From Eledone cirrhosa (Eukaryota): 64,000 bases of DNA. The stretch is taken from assembly GCA_964016885.1 (NCBI GenBank), contig OZ024744.1, positions 33,666,001 to 33,730,000 of the forward strand, in the 5' to 3' direction. A program made the translations under genes and the position numbers. Below are positions 49,490-63,948 of this stretch, piece by piece; position 1 is the stretch's first letter; each line of letters opens with the position of its first letter. The notes beneath the pieces were generated by a model. It saw only the letters and a program-made list of their open reading frames with translations. It searched no databases and had not been told where the DNA came from.

Positions 49490-50305
49490 TTCTCTCACTT
49501 ATTCCTGAAAGCGTCGTGGAGGTAGAGTCCTCAAACACTCCCTTCAACGGCTCCTGTCAGAAACAACCGTCTCCAACAGATCCCGATGGATCCCAAAGCG
49601 TGACCAGCCAAGCTCATGAATGTTATCCAACCATCTTGCTCGGGGTCTTCCCCTAGTTCTCCGGTCGGTTGGTTTTTCCCAAATCTGTCCAGCGATTCTT
49701 TCCTAAGATATTTTAACCACATGTCCATAGTATCGGAGCTGTGATCTCTCAATTCGGAGAAGTAACAGCTCTACCTGTAATGACTCTCTGATCTCTGAGT
49801 TACACATTCTATCGAGTAACATTACTCCAAAGACACTTCGGATGAACCCCATTCGGCTGCTTATATTCGTGATCGTATTCTTTTAGTCATTACCCAAGGG
49901 TTGGCAAGAAAACCAAATTGAAGATAGCAAATTTAGCTTTTACGCTTATCTCCCTTCATCTTATTACTGAATGCTGAAGCTGGCGTATTACTGCACCAGC
50001 TTTTGCAATTCTTGCACTTAATTCAGCTTCCTTCCTTCCATCACTCGTGACCACAGTCCCTAGATACTTGAAATTCTCTACCTGATTCAGTGGAAATCCA
50101 TTCTCATGTAGCGTGCACTGTGCAGGTTTCCTTGAGAGGACGAGTGTCTCAATTTTCGCAGCACCGATTTTCATTCCAGCTATGCAGCACTCGGTATCAA
50201 ACCTAACAAGTGCATGTTGAAGATCGTCTTCTGCCGAGTTAAGTAACACCAAGTCGTCTGCACATTCCAGTCGACTGATTTTATACCCGCCAGTCATGAT
50301 ACCAC
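49490..50305 (-). mobile_element. RTE-clade LINE 3' fragment
   Basis: [44 protein letters not shown]. Confidence 0.85.
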
Positions 50306-50487
50306 TTCTAACCCGGCAGCGGTAGATGGCGAGATGAGTAGATAGATTACATACAGCATTGAAGACTGGATAGATAAATGTGTGGCAAGAGGTGGGGTAG
50401 ATGAATGGGTATGTGAATGGATATATATGGATAGAAAAAGGATAGATAGTTAGTTGAAAGGATAGAGTCTTGGATCGACGATAGAGA

Positions 50488-50904
50488 TTGGATGGATGAA
50501 TAGAGGGACGGGTGAATGGAAGGGTGGATGGATTGATGGATGAATAGAGGGACGAGTGAATGGAAGGGTGGATGGATTGATGGATGGATGGATGAATAGA
50601 GCGACGAGTGAATGGAAGGGTGGATGGATTGATGGATGAATAGAGGGACGGGTGAATGGAAGGGTGGATGGATTGATGGATGGATAGAGGGACGGGTGAA
50701 TGGAAGGGTGGATGGATTGATGGATGGATGGATGAATAGAGGGACGAGTGAATGGAAGGGTGGATGGATTGATGGATTGATGGATGAATAGAGGGACGAG
50801 TGAATGGAAGGGTGGATGGATTGATGGATGAATAGAGGGACGGGTGAATGGAAGGGTGGATGGATTGATGGATGGATAGAGGGACGGGTGAATGGAAGGG
50901 TGGA
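50488..50904. repeat. Minisatellite, ~40-50-bp unit GATGGATGAATAGAGGGACG(G/A)GTGAATGGAAGGGTG
   Basis: About 10 tandem copies. Confidence 0.9.
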
Positions 50905-51954
50905 TATGAGGAACAGTGGGAGGGAGGAATGGAAGGGTGGATGATTAGTGTAAAATAAGACTTTAGCTAGATTTGAAGATAGTGGAAGCAAAAAAAGAGA
51001 GATGAAGAATAAAGGTCTGTTTTGTTGAGTTTAGAATTTATGGCAGAGTTGTTAAAAGAGGACGCTGGCTACATGGAAAAGGCAGGGACGATCAACGGGG
51101 CCACGTTTAGGGTGGGAATAGAATAACAAGCTACTGAAATTGGGCTCTTATACACACACACACATGCGCGCACACACATACACATACCCCCCACACACAC
51201 ACACACGCACGCAGGCGCGGGCACACACACATACACATACACACCCATAGATATACACACTCATACACACACATACACATACATCCCCCCACACCACACG
51301 CACGCGCGCACACACACATACACATACACACACCCACATATACACACTTATACACACACACACACACATACACATACACACCCACACATACACACACACA
51401 CGCACACGCACGCACACACACACATACACACCCACACATACATGCATACATACATGTACATATATGCAATTATGTATATACATGGTGTTTGTGTGTGTGT
51501 ATGTCTGTCTGTCTGTGTGTATGTGTGTACCCCGGGTTCAATCGGGGGGTAACCACAGTAAGTAAGGCACTCAATATATAGCAGAGTATAAAAGTTTAAT
51601 ATAGAAATGGCTTCTACAGGACAAGAACTGTTTCATTCGAAGGAAATAATCAGGAAAGCCGACTGTCTTTGTGATATTGTGGTATATATACATTTTCTGG
51701 TGGTAGGGGGAGGTGGTGATTTGAATGGGTGGAGGGGATTCTTTGAAAAAAATATATTTAAAGAAAAAATACATAAATTCTTCAGCTGATCATATTAATA
51801 TAGCAACTTAATGAAATCCCTTTGTTTGCTTAGAATAAATGAACCCTGAAAACAGGAGTGGCTGTCAATATGTATGTGTTTGTCTATAGGTACTTAGTAT
51901 GAATGATTTTTGCATTTGCCTCTGTATTACTATGTAAAGTCCTTTACTGTCTGA

Positions 51955-52070
51955 TTTCAAATCCCGTCGAGGTTAACTTTGCCTATCATCCTTACGGGCT
52001 CGATAAAATAAAGTACCAGTAATACACTGGTATAATTGCTGGCCTTGTGCCAAAAGTAGAAACAGTTATT
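51955..52070 (+). mobile_element. SINE-like 3' tail fragment
   Basis: CGATAAAATAAAGTACCAGT..ACTGG..GGCCTTGTGCCAAAAGTAGAAAC; second copy at ~63595-63655. Confidence 0.55.
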
Positions 52071-52289
52071 ATCCCCACAATCGCCCAAACGCAAACAAGC
52101 TAAACAGACACAAGAAGAAATAAACACACAGAAATCTGAAATTGCAGACACCACACCTATAACAAACACAGACACACCCGAAACAACACCAACAAAACCA
52201 TCAATACCACAGTAACCCAAACGAAAACAAATAAAACCGCACCAATAAAACATAAAAGAACTTTGTGCTTGTCAGAAGGGCCAATGAAA

Positions 52290-54080
52290 TATTATGGCCC
52301 TCTTAGCACGAAGCGAGGACATTCAAACAGAGGGGCGGATTTTTGAATTGAGCACATTTTGCGTGGCAGAAGATTTGTTTCTGGTGTGAATGTCACTCGA
52401 TTCCTACAAAGGAATTCGAGAGAACTTTCTTCGGGGCGTAGGAACCCCGAACGTGAAACTGATGTCGAGACTTTTAAAGGGGTTCCCAAAAGAAATGTCA
52501 CCAACTATGGAGGTTGAACCACCCAACTTTCAAAAGTCCACGGGAAGTAAGTAAACCGTTCCTCTTTCTTTCAGCCTGCCATCATGGCCATATTAAGAGT
52601 AGGAAGTTTAAATGTTTGTGGGCTGGGGTCACCCTAGAATCAGGGTCGCCTGCTCAAAGACCTCAGGCCTCTAGAAATGGATGTAATTGCCAACAGCGAG
52701 ACTAGGATTTCCGACACGTGCGAACTAGCCCCCATTTTCGACGACTATCAGATCTTCGCATCTGTTAGTCGGGCTGGATCTCGAGGCAAAGTCAATCTTC
52801 CGGGACCCGGAGGTAAGTTGGTGGTCCTGCATGTGAACAATAGCGAAGGTGGTGCCTTTAGACTAGTGACCGTCTACGCCCCTACCGGAGCCGGACGGCC
52901 GGACTTCTTTAGGCGTCTGGAAGTCTTTCTGGGTACGTCTCGCCCTTTACTGTTAGTGGAGGACTGGAACAGCATCTTAGACGCACGCTGGGATTGTGTG
53001 GGAGCAGCTGATAGGAGCGGGGGATGCAAAAGCCTCAAGTACCTGATCAACTAGTTCCAAATGTCTGACAGGTATTGACTAGATTTCCAGAATGCGTTAG
53101 TGTGGACGAGGACCAACCGCCTAGGACCATCTAGATCCTATATAGACAGGATTTTAATTAGGAAAATCTATAGAAATAGTGTGGGCTGCCCACTTTTTAA
53201 AACGGTCGCCTTTTCAGATCACAAATTTGTGATCTGTATTGTGGACCTAGATAAGACGCGTAGGTTAGGACCGGGTTACTGGAAGCTGAACATGTCATTT
53301 CCGGCACGTAAGGCTTACAGGGACTGAGTCAACAATTTAGTTAAGCAAAAGTTGACGGGAGGGGGTCATCATCAACAGATGGTGGGAGAGATTAAAGTAA
53401 TTTCGATAGGGTTTAGCAAAGAACTAGCGTTAGAGAAAAATAGAAAGGAGGGGAGCTGGTAGATAAGTTAGACGAAGCTATTTGTAGTGGCATTGCAACT
53501 GACGTGTTAGCGGCGAGAATGGCATTAGACCATTTCTTCAATGTGAAACACGAAGGTTGCATTGTCAGAGCTAAGGCGCGTGCTCTGAGAAACGAGGTAA
53601 CCAAAGCTGTTCGGTGGGCCCGCGTGGCGGAGGCGCAACCTGGTAATAAAACTGCAATTGACGGACTGAGACGGACACGAACTGAGCGAGTCCAGGCGGA
53701 TGTGTGAGGCCTTTCGCCAGTAATTTGCTCGGTTGTTTGGGGAGACTGGCGGGTCGGATACGCTAGTGGACCTCAGTCCCTACCTTAACGGCATGCCACG
53801 TCTTTCGACGGCCGACGATGAGCGCTGCGAAAGGCCGATAACTTCAGCCGAAATTCAGGACGCCCTTGTCGGCTGCATGATGCGCAAGTCACCCGGTTTG
53901 GATGGCCTGCACTATGAGCTTTACGTAAATATGCTAGACTTGTTCTCCGATCTCCTCGAAACGCTCTACTGCAACTGGCAGCAGAATGGGAGTATTCCCA
54001 GTTCTGTGGCTCTGGGCGTGGTGACACTGATAAGAAAGGACGAGAACAAGAGGGACACATTAGATAACTTCAGCCCCAAA
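52290..54080 (+). mobile_element. Older, 3'-truncated L1/Tx1-type copy (ORF1 end, APE, start of RT)
   Basis: AFRLVTVYAPTGAGRPDFFRRLE, SYIDR, FSDH, GPGYWKLN, KSPGLDGL; homologous to the elements at 18741 and 24786. Confidence 0.88.
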
Positions 54081-54158
54081 ACCAACCGAATGTTTTTTAT
54101 TTATACCCCGTGAATTTCGTTATAACGCAATTTTATTGTATATACACAACTATATATA

Positions 54159-54197
<39 letters not shown>

Positions 54198-54574
54198 GTG
54201 TGTGTGCGTGTGCGTGTGTGTGTGTGTGCGTGTGCGTGTGTGCGCGCGCGCGTGTGTATGTTTGTTCATGTGTGTTTGTGTGTACGCGTGCTTGCCTACA
54301 TATATACAATTAACTAACTTTTTGTGTTAGCAAGGGATTCTCGTTTAAAGGCGCGTGACTTTGTGGTTAGGGAATTCGGCTTACTAAACACAAAGCCACG
54401 CGCCTACCCGTTGATAGATATACTTTTGAAAGATACACCCAGAATAAATGGCAGACTATTAGCACAGGTTATGTTGTGTACTTCAATATATGAATTTGTT
54501 GCATTAAAAAACTAAACCAGGCAACAAAAATTAAAATTAATAAGAAGTAAAAGTAATCTTAATACTGTAATGCC

Positions 54575-54604
54575 TTTCTGTCTTTCTTTCTGTCTTTCTT
54601 TCTG

Positions 54605-54664
<60 letters not shown>

Positions 54665-55140
54665 TCCTTCTTTCTTTCTTCTTCTTCTTCTTCTTCTTCT
54701 TCTTCTTCTTCTTCTTCTTCTTCTTCTTCTTTAGCCAGGGTTGGTTATACCCGTAAAATATGTCCAGTGATTCTTTCCTGAGACATTCTAACCACATGTC
54801 CATAGTATTGGATCTGTGATCTCTCAATTCAGAGAAGTAGCAGCTCTACCTGGAGTGACTCTCTCATCTCCGAGCTATATTCTCTATCGGTCATTATCCA
54901 AGATTCATGACCATAGGTAAGAGTTGACTCCAACACCGTATTGAAGATAGCGAATTTGGCTTTTACGCCCACCTCCCTTCTTCTGATTACTGAATGCTGA
55001 AGTTGACGCATTACTGCACCAGCTCCTGCAATTATTGCCCTTAATTCAGCCTCCCGCCTTCCATCACCCGTGAACACGGCCCCGAGATACTTGAACTTCT
55101 CTACCTGCTTCAGTGGAACTCCATTCACATATAGCGTGAA
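54575..55140 (-). mobile_element. RTE-clade LINE 3' fragment next to a (CTT)n/(CTTT)n tract
   Basis: LKQVEKFKYLGAVFTGDG..LTYGHESW; related to 49490-50305. Confidence 0.82.
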
Positions 55141-55940
55141 TTTGAAAGAGCAAATTGATATAATTGAAGTTATTTCTAAATGGATCAAATTACCCTTTTC
55201 CACCTATCTAAATCGCCCGTCTCATGACAGGTGCTCACTGTAGTCCATAAAAAAAACTATTATAACCATAATGAAAAAAAAAAATAAATATAGAACTAAG
55301 CTATAAAGATACATATATTATAATCTATTTATAAATTTGAGCGACTTGCGTCCGTCTGATGTCATACAACGGGCGTGAGTGTGTTTGTATGAATGTATGT
55401 GTGTAAAAGGAAGAAAGGGGATGGTGAAAAAACTATAACAAAACATAACAGCGATTGGCGTTGCATTAGCTACGCTGTCTGTGAGTGTATGTGTGTGTGC
55501 GTTTCTGTAAATGTATGTGTGTATGTGTATTTGTGTGAATGTATGTCTGTGAGTGTGTATTTTTGTAAGTGTGTCTGTGTTTGCGTGTTTATATTCATAT
55601 ACTCATACATGTAAATGTATGAGTATGCATACACACACGCACACTCATATACACATAAGCGTCAGCGTGTTGTAACAAATCCTATTAATAATAAAATAAG
55701 AATAAAAAGGGAGTGACAACCATATGTTAGAATATCATCTATTTAAACATTGCTTGAAATATCAATCTCTGCAGTCTTTTAGCAATGTAAGATTATTTTG
55801 CTATTTATATTCTATTTTTAGTGTTTCGAAAAGCAAATAAAAACAACAGCCACCGTTCTCATCGGGCGGGGACATATCTCTTTCCACTTCCCATACATCT
55901 GTTGTTTAGGAGCAATGAGACTTGACGCGATAGCTAGCTA

Positions 55941-56097
55941 CAGACCTGCCAACCTCTAAAAACCCAAACAGAGTGTACCATGAATAAAAGTGCCTCAAAA
56001 CGGGGAGAAATGAGGCAAAAACGGGGAGAAGTCATCTCTCACTACCCCAAAGGGAGTTGGAGATCTCCCCGTCGGACAGGGAGAGTTGACAGGTCTG
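55941..56097. mobile_element. 157-bp MITE
   Basis: TIRs CAGACCTGCCAAC and GTTGACAGGTCTG, TA on both sides; internal repeat AAAACGGGGAGAA twice. Confidence 0.75.
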
Positions 56098-56229
56098 TAG
56101 TTAGCTGGTTGGGTGACTGGTTGACTGGCGAGTCATTATCATCTACGTAGACGCTAGAAATAACAACCAAATCTCCCTAATATCACACTGCTAACATCTG
56201 GGGAAAGGAAATGACATTAATTTATGGTA

Positions 56230-56545
56230 GTTATACGTGGCCTTGTAGTTAGGGTATTCGGCTTACAATAGCAAGGTTGTGAGTTAGGTGATGTGCTGTG
56301 TTCTTGAGCAAGACACTTTATTTCACGTTGCTCCACTCCACTCAGCTGGCAAAAATGAGTTGTACCTGTAGGTCGAATGGCCAGTCTTATCACATTCTGT
56401 GACACGCTGAATCTCCCTGACAACTACGTGAAGAGTACGCGTATCTGAGGAATGCTCAGTCACTTGCAAGTTAATTTCATGAACAGGCTGTTCCGTTGAT
56501 CGGATCATCTGGAACACTCGTCGTCGTAACCGACGGAGTGCCTCA
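56230..56545 (+). mobile_element. tRNA-derived SINE with a CORE-like centre
   Basis: A-box-like GTGGCCTTGTAGTTAGG, degenerate B-box GAGTT, then GTGTTCTTGAGCAAGACACTTTATTTCACGTTGCTCC. Confidence 0.65.
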
Positions 56546-57429
56546 GTTGCACGTATTTCCCAAAAGAGCAGGATGGTCATAGCTGGCGGGCGTTTCCTAC
56601 ATGTGCGCAATCAGGGCTGACACAGACTTAAGCAACAAAAACACCACCACTAACAACAATTGTTAGGAAACTTAGATCTACTAGAAATAATAAGCACATT
56701 TCCTTTAAATCACACTCTACCTTTTGGGAAAGGTGTAAGATGGAAAGATCACAGCTTTGATTTATAAACAAGTTTGCGTGTTGTATCTTCAGTAAGACAT
56801 CTCATTTCAAGTTGCTTTAGTCTACTCAGTTAAAAATACATACCAGTGGCAACGACTGGGTGTTAGCTAAACGACAGACTGACGTCCCATCCAATGGAAA
56901 ATCTTGTATTCTCAAATGCTTAATTCCACATGAAAGTGGCATAAACACCAGCCTAGTGAGACTCTTAAAGCATGAAAGTCTTTAACATATTCTCTAAAAG
57001 GGGTGGGTGGTTATGGCTGGAATGCCTTTTATCGTATGTCTGCTCAGTCAAGACTAACCTGGAGTTAAGTGACATCACTAATAATGAAAGGGCTAATATG
57101 GGAGAATGTACTTGGTTAGTCGAGCTGCTAGAAATAGCAGAACATTTTTCATGAAATTGCACCCTAAGTATCGCATGCAAGGAAACCAAAGGACACGTGT
57201 GTAAAGGGTGGTTGGGCATAGCAGGAATCCCCTTAATCACAGGTCAGCTTGCTCAGAGCCAACCTCGGAATATACAACCATAAAAGCAACGTAAACTTAT
57301 CTGAGTCAGGAATGAAAACTCTACGGAAATCATCGATCTCCTTTACAGAAATATCTGTCATACCTCACTGGAATCATATATACTGTATTAAAGGGTTAAA
57401 AACGCATTGGACAATATGATAGTTCCTAA

Positions 57430-57613
57430 TCATCATCTAGTCGAACTGGCGGTCGGGCGAAGAAGCGTGCCAAGACAGGCCGTCTCATTCATACCCTGCT
57501 GAGAGATGCCAGCTTTGATAACATCGATGAACTGAGAAATGTCATGCTCGACCGGGACGAATGGAGAAAGCGTGGTGAATATTTGTGAGTGTAAACTCGG
57601 CCGACGACGACGA
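57430..57613 (+). mobile_element. RTE-like extreme 3' end with a (GAC)n tail
   Basis: Translates as ..TLLRDASFDNIDELRNVMLDRDEWRK.. and ends in CGACGACGACGA. Confidence 0.55.
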
Positions 57614-60080
57614 TGCCGAGCTCTGGCCAGTTCAGCTCCCTCGACTCCTTTGTCGATACTTGCCGGCGTACTGGGAATCGGTTCCGTTTCCACCAGCATT
57701 CTCGTCGCTCTAACATCACGCAGACTGAGCTCTCCGCTCTTCGCAATTCGGTGTCGCGATGACAGTGTCATCAAATCCGCTGACAAGGGTGGGATTGTGG
57801 TGGTTTGGAGCGTTGACCTCTATAGGGCTGAGGCTCTCCGCCAGCTTCACAATACCCCTTTTTACCGCCCTCTATCCTCCGACCCCACTTCTGGCTACCA
57901 GCAACTCGTATCCTCCACCATTCACCAACTCATCTCCTCATCTCACCTACCCCTTACAGCCACCAACCTTATTATATGCACCCCTCGCACAACCACCATC
58001 TACTTCCTCCCCAAAATACACAAAAAAATAATCCTGGCCGTCCTATCGTTTCTACGTGCAACTGCCCCACCGAGATAATTTCTGAATATTTAGACACCTC
58101 CTCGCCCCGTTGGTCGGCAATCTACCCTCCCACATCCAGGATACAAATCATCCCTTAGACTCTTCAACTCTTTCTCCTTCCCTCCTGGTCCCTCCCGCCT
58201 TCTCTTTACCCTGACATCACTTCTCTCTATACCGTCATCCCTCATGATGACGGCTTCCACGCTCTCCAACATATTTTAGATTTACGCCCTACCCCTTACC
58301 CCAGCACTACCCCTCTACTCCGTCTGGCTGAGCTTGTTCTCACCCTTAATGGATTTTCTTTTTCGGGTGAATTTTATCAACAGGTCTCTGGGGGTAACGA
58401 TGGGAACCAGAATGGGGCCAAACTATGCCAACTTGTTTGTTGGCTACGCCGAAGCCCAGATCTTCTCCCAGTACGCTAGACTGACTCCTGAGCTATACGG
58501 TCGTTATATTGACGACTGTATCGGCACCTCCTCTCTATCACGAGAACAGCTCGACTGCTTTATTTCTTTTGTCCAATATTTCCATCCTGCTCTCACTTTC
58601 ACCGCCTCCGTCTCCGATTCTTCTCTCTCTTTTCTAGATATCTCTCTATCTATTAATCACTCTCACCACACCCTCTCTACTTCCATCTACATTAAACCAA
58701 CAGACCTCGACTTCAACCAATCTTACCTCGACTTCACCTCCTCCCATCCAACCCACACCAAACGCTCCATACCCTATTCCCAATTCCTCCGTCTTCGTCG
58801 ACTCTGTAGCCAGGACGACGATTTCGAAACCCATTTTCTTCACATGATTTCCTGTTTCATCCAGCGTGGATATGACCCCACCCTGATCCAAGCTGCTCTC
58901 ACTCGCACCCGAGATACAGACCGCACCACAGCCCTCTAACCTCACACCTGCCCTCCCAACACCCGTGTTACTTTCCCTCTCACTCACCACTACATCACCC
59001 TACCACTCCGGCGACATATCCTCCGTTCCTTCCGTATCCTCTCTTCTGACCCCGTCACATCTCGCTCTTTTCCAAACCCACCCATTACTGCTTTTAAGCG
59101 CGCCCGCAACCTCCGCGACCTGCTGGTTCGCAGTTCCTTTTCGTCCACTCTAACGACTCCACCCAGCTCTCATCCATGTTCCCGTTCCCGATGCAACACT
59201 TGTCCCTTTATTTTCACCCTCACCACTCTTACAGGCCCTAACGGGTCTTTCCGTATCCACCATTCCTTCACCTGCACATCCACCCACGTTGTCTGTACCC
59301 TCCGGTGTTCTCTTTGCGGGTCTTTATATATCGGAGAAACGGGACGCCGTATGGCGGACCGTTTTAGCGACATTTGAGGGACATGCAACTCGGCCTGGAT
59401 ACTCCTGTCGCCCGTCATTCTTCCCTACATGTTTCAGTCCAGGGTGTCCTTTTACATCATGGATCACAGGCCTCGCGCACCAAAACTGAACAAAGTCTGA
59501 TTCACCGTCTTGGGTCCTATTCCCCTCTTGGACTCAACTCACCTCCCCAATTTCTGTAATACCTCGTCCATTATCGCACCCCTAGGTTCCTATCGCTTTC
59601 TCTTGATCAATAACATCTTCTCTTACAACTAATACAGGCCGACTAAATATGCTCACTCCACTTTTCCCTTCACAGCTCTGTATACACACATACACACCCT
59701 TATATTAACATACTTTTGCTCATAGCTTCGTACTTACATGCACACACACTCTTTTACTCACATATATACACACATCTCTTCTTGGCTTCGTACGGACGTA
59801 TAATAACACACACACACACACAGACACACACACAACACGCCAGCACCAACAGTTTTCCAAGAGATGTCAACATGAATGGACCTGTTATTTTTATCAAAAG
59901 ACATTTTTTCTAATTTCATCCCGCCCGTCCCCTCAATCTATCTTATTTCTCATTCTTTCTTCTGATGAAGGACTAGCGTTCGAAACGTTAAGATTCTCTT
60001 CCGGCTATATCAAGCGTTAACCTAATATACCCCTTCCATATACTGTACCGATTGTGTTGTTATTTCTGTTTACCTTTTAC
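57614..60080 (+). mobile_element. Decayed Penelope-like element (same family as 1-1992) including its 3' pLTR
   Basis: ADKGG, RPIVS, MGTRMGPNYANLF, YIDD, SIPYSQFLRLRRLCS, Cys linker CSRSRCNTC, LYIGETGR; hammerhead in the 3' region; followed by (TA)n. Confidence 0.92.
59958..59993 (+). ncRNA. Minimal type-I hammerhead ribozyme in the PLE pLTR
   Basis: TCTT-CTGATGA-A-GGAC-TAGC-GTTC-GAAA-CG-TT-AAGA; palindromic AACGTT stem III. Confidence 0.8.
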
Positions 60081-60186
<106 letters not shown>

Positions 60187-61335
60187 ATATAGTACAGTAT
60201 TATCGTTGAAAACATATAGTATAGTATTACTGTTGAAAATATATGGTATAGTATAGTATTACTGTTGAAAATATATAGTATAGTATTACTGTTGAAAATA
60301 TATAGTATAGTATTACTGTTGAAAATATATAGTACATTATTACTGTTGAAAATATATGGTATAGTATAGTATTACTGTTGAAAATATATAGTATAGTATT
60401 ACTGTTGAAAATATATAGTATAGTATTACTGTTGAAAATATATGGTATAGTATTACTGTTGAAAATATATAGTATAGTATTACTGTTGAAAATATATAGT
60501 ATAGTATTACTGTTGAAAATATATAGTATAGTATTACTGTTGAAAATATATAGTATAGTATTACTGTTGAAAATATATGGTATAGTATAGTATTACTGTC
60601 GAAAATATATAGTATAGTATTACTGTTGAAAATATATAGTATAGTATTACTGTTGAAAATATATAGTATAGTATTACTGTTGAAAATATATAGTATAGTA
60701 TTACTGTTGAAAATATATAGTATAGTATTACTGTCGAAAATATATAGTATAGTATTACTGTTGAAAATATATAGTATAGTATTACTGTTGAAAATATATA
60801 GTATAGTATTACTGTTGAAAATATATGGTATAGTATTACTGTTGAAAATATATATTATAGTATTACTGTTGAAAATATATAGTATAGTATTACTGTTGAA
60901 AATATATAGTATAGTATTACTGTTGAAAATATATAGTATATTATTACTGTTGAAAATATATGGTATAGTATTACTGTTGAAAATATATGGTATAGTATAG
61001 TATTACTGTCGAAAATATATAGTATAGTATTACTGTTGAAAATATATAGTACAGCATAGTATGACTGTTGAAAATATATAGTATAGTATTACTGCTGAAA
61101 ATATATGGTATAGTATAGTATGACTGTTGAAAATGTATAGTATAGTATTACTGTTGAAAATATATGGTATAGTATTACTGTTGAAAATATATAGTATAGT
61201 ATAGTTTTACTGTTGAAAATATATAGTATAGTATAGTATTACTGTTGAAAATATATAGTATAGTATTACTGTTGAAAATATATAGTATAGTATTGCTGTT
61301 GAAAATATATAGTACAGTATTACTGTTGAAAATAT
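60187..61335. repeat. 27-bp AT-rich minisatellite AAAATATATAGTATAGTATTACTGTTG (~40 copies)
   Basis: Visible tandem units, some with an extra 5-bp GTATA. Confidence 0.95.
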
Positions 61336-61361
61336 GTACACGAATATATAATTATATATAT

Positions 61362-61841
61362 ATACTAGCAGAGGTACCCGGCGTTGCTCGGATATTAAAT
61401 AGCAATTGTGTATACCATTTATGTCAATACTTCAGTGCTGCTTCGAAAACTATACTTTTACCAAATAATCGGCTTTTTCCAAAAGGGGGTTCCTGCCCCC
61501 AGGGGTCCCCTACTCAATATGTGCCAATTCTAAGAGTTCACATTCATCTGTAGGACAAACGTAGCCCATGTGTCAAGTTTTGTGAAAATCGGTTGCGAAC
61601 TCCAGAAGTTATGACGTTTTGTTGCATTGGACTGCAGTGCTTCAGTCGACTCAAAGGAAGTGGTTAAAGAGGTTAAAGGGGTTATCTGCCGCGGGGGGGG
61701 GGGGGGGGGGGGGCTATAATCAATATCTGGAAAAATAACAGTGCCCATGACCATCCGGAGTACATAAGTAACCTATGTCTTAAGTTTGATGAAAATACTG
61801 TAGAAATGCATAAGGTTTATACATACGCGCGTGCGTTCGTG

Positions 61842-61874
<33 letters not shown>

Positions 61875-62525
61875 TTGTGTGTGTGGGGGGGGGGGGCGTA
61901 TGTATTTGTGTGTGCGTATGTATGTGTATGTCCGTCGGGGCATACGTACGTACTGGCCTAAATCTTCACTATTTACTTTTACTATTTTAATAACCTCTGT
62001 CATTTTCGTTTTCAATTTTATTTACATCATTCTTAAACTCCGGGGCTGGAAATCATTCTGTTATGTAAAATAGAATATTAGTCGAACGACTCCATTTATA
62101 CCAGAAATTTGGTCTTGTCTTTGCATGAAATTGTTCTTCACGCTCCACATAACGACGTATTATCCTCACTTTTTTCCCGTTCATTGCCAGAGAACGTCTT
62201 CACGAACGAAAATATCGTCTTCCTGTTTTCGTTCGGTTGCAACGTTTCTCGAAATAATTACTTCTGCGTTCACAGATTACGCTTCTCGAAATAATTACTG
62301 CTGCGTTCACAGATTACTCTCAGTTCAATTTGAATGGGAAATTTCTGTTTCATCGATTTTCTCCGTAACCATTGAAGATTGTAGCTTGAAAGTCGACCCA
62401 ACGCCTCCTCGGGTCATTCTGCATAACTGTGTAAATTTTCGCTGCATTCCACCAAGCCATTTCGACGTTTATCCGACTACACCTACATATACAACGTCCG
62501 ACCACTTCCAATTTATATAGTAGAT
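61362..62525 (+). mobile_element. Putative Helentron/Helitron2-type non-autonomous element (may be composite)
   Basis: Starts ATACTAGCAGAGGTACCCGGCGTTGCTCGG (CTAG plus GC hairpin), contains AAGTTTTGTGAAAATCGG, and ends TTTATATAGTAGAT. Confidence 0.5.
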
Positions 62526-63787
62526 TTGTTTATATATGAATGACAAAAAGAAAAGTACAAAACTATACATGAATTGTTTCTACTAAACCTTCAATTTAAG
62601 ACACAACCTACATATTTGATAGGACTCCAGCTTCTTCTTCTTCTTCTTCTTCTTCTTCTTCTTCTTCTTCTTCTTCTTCTTCTTCTTTTGCTCCCCCTGG
62701 AACATTGGGCTGCGAGCCACCCCCACACAACGCCATGTTCTGAGTCTGCTTTTCAACTCCACCGTGATTCACGGTGCGTCATGGTGTATCTAACCATTTT
62801 TTTAGGTCTTACTACAGCTGATTTCTTCCAGAGAGAAAAAAAGAGATAGAAAAATGCAGAGAAGATTCATCCCCGGAGGAATAATAAAAAATGTTTACAC
62901 TGTACATTTCATTTTTTCAAAGCTAAAGCTGCCGATCAAAAATCAGTAATTCAACTCCCTGAAAACTTTCAAATATATGCTGTTCTAGCATGAATATTAT
63001 TCTAAGGATAAGCTGTCCACAAAGTAAGATTTACTTGCATATCCCCGCTCATATAAACACATAAATACATGCATACATACATTACAGTTGATATTTTTTT
63101 TTATTAAAGCGTTTTCATATTATATATATATATATATATAGTGACGAAATATAAGTCAATTGCATGAACTCATAATCCTTTATTTACTGCTTTATTTGTA
63201 TGAAATTGTAAATAAGACAAAAGTATTAGAACATGGGGAAATAACTCACCGAACGCGATAGTTTTGGGACCCCAAGGACCACATTTTTCAAGATAGAGAT
63301 TTGAAACCTCGTCTATTTGCTTCCTTGGCACTTTTTACATAGGTGTGTAAATTTTCTTGTCAGTCCGACGACGTCTACTACCATTTAACCGTGCACATCT
63401 GAATTTCAACCACCACCCATTTCACAAATATATATTAGATAATTAATTAAAAGTTGGTTAGAAGGGAAGTCAATGCAGACAATCAGCCAGACAGAGTTAT
63501 TACAAGCGTGCGAAGTTATAGCTATGTACCTATCTAAAAAGACAGAGTAAGAAAGAGAGGGGAATTATAAGAGAGAGGTATTATATATATATAACAAAGT
63601 ACCAGTAATGTACTGGGATAATTGCTGGCTTTGTGCCAAAAGTAGAAACAATTATACTTCTTATTTATACAACTGTAAATAACATGTTTATGTATGTATA
63701 TATATACGTATATATACATATATACGTATGTATATATGTATATATACGTAAAATGTACAAATTAAACTGTCTTTTATTTATAATACT

Positions 63788-63866
<79 letters not shown>

Positions 63867-63888
63867 TATATATATATATACACACACA

Positions 63889-63948
<60 letters not shown>

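Noticed and set aside
56230-56300. tRNA gene
   Set aside because: No cloverleaf can be built and the B-box is degenerate; it is a SINE head.
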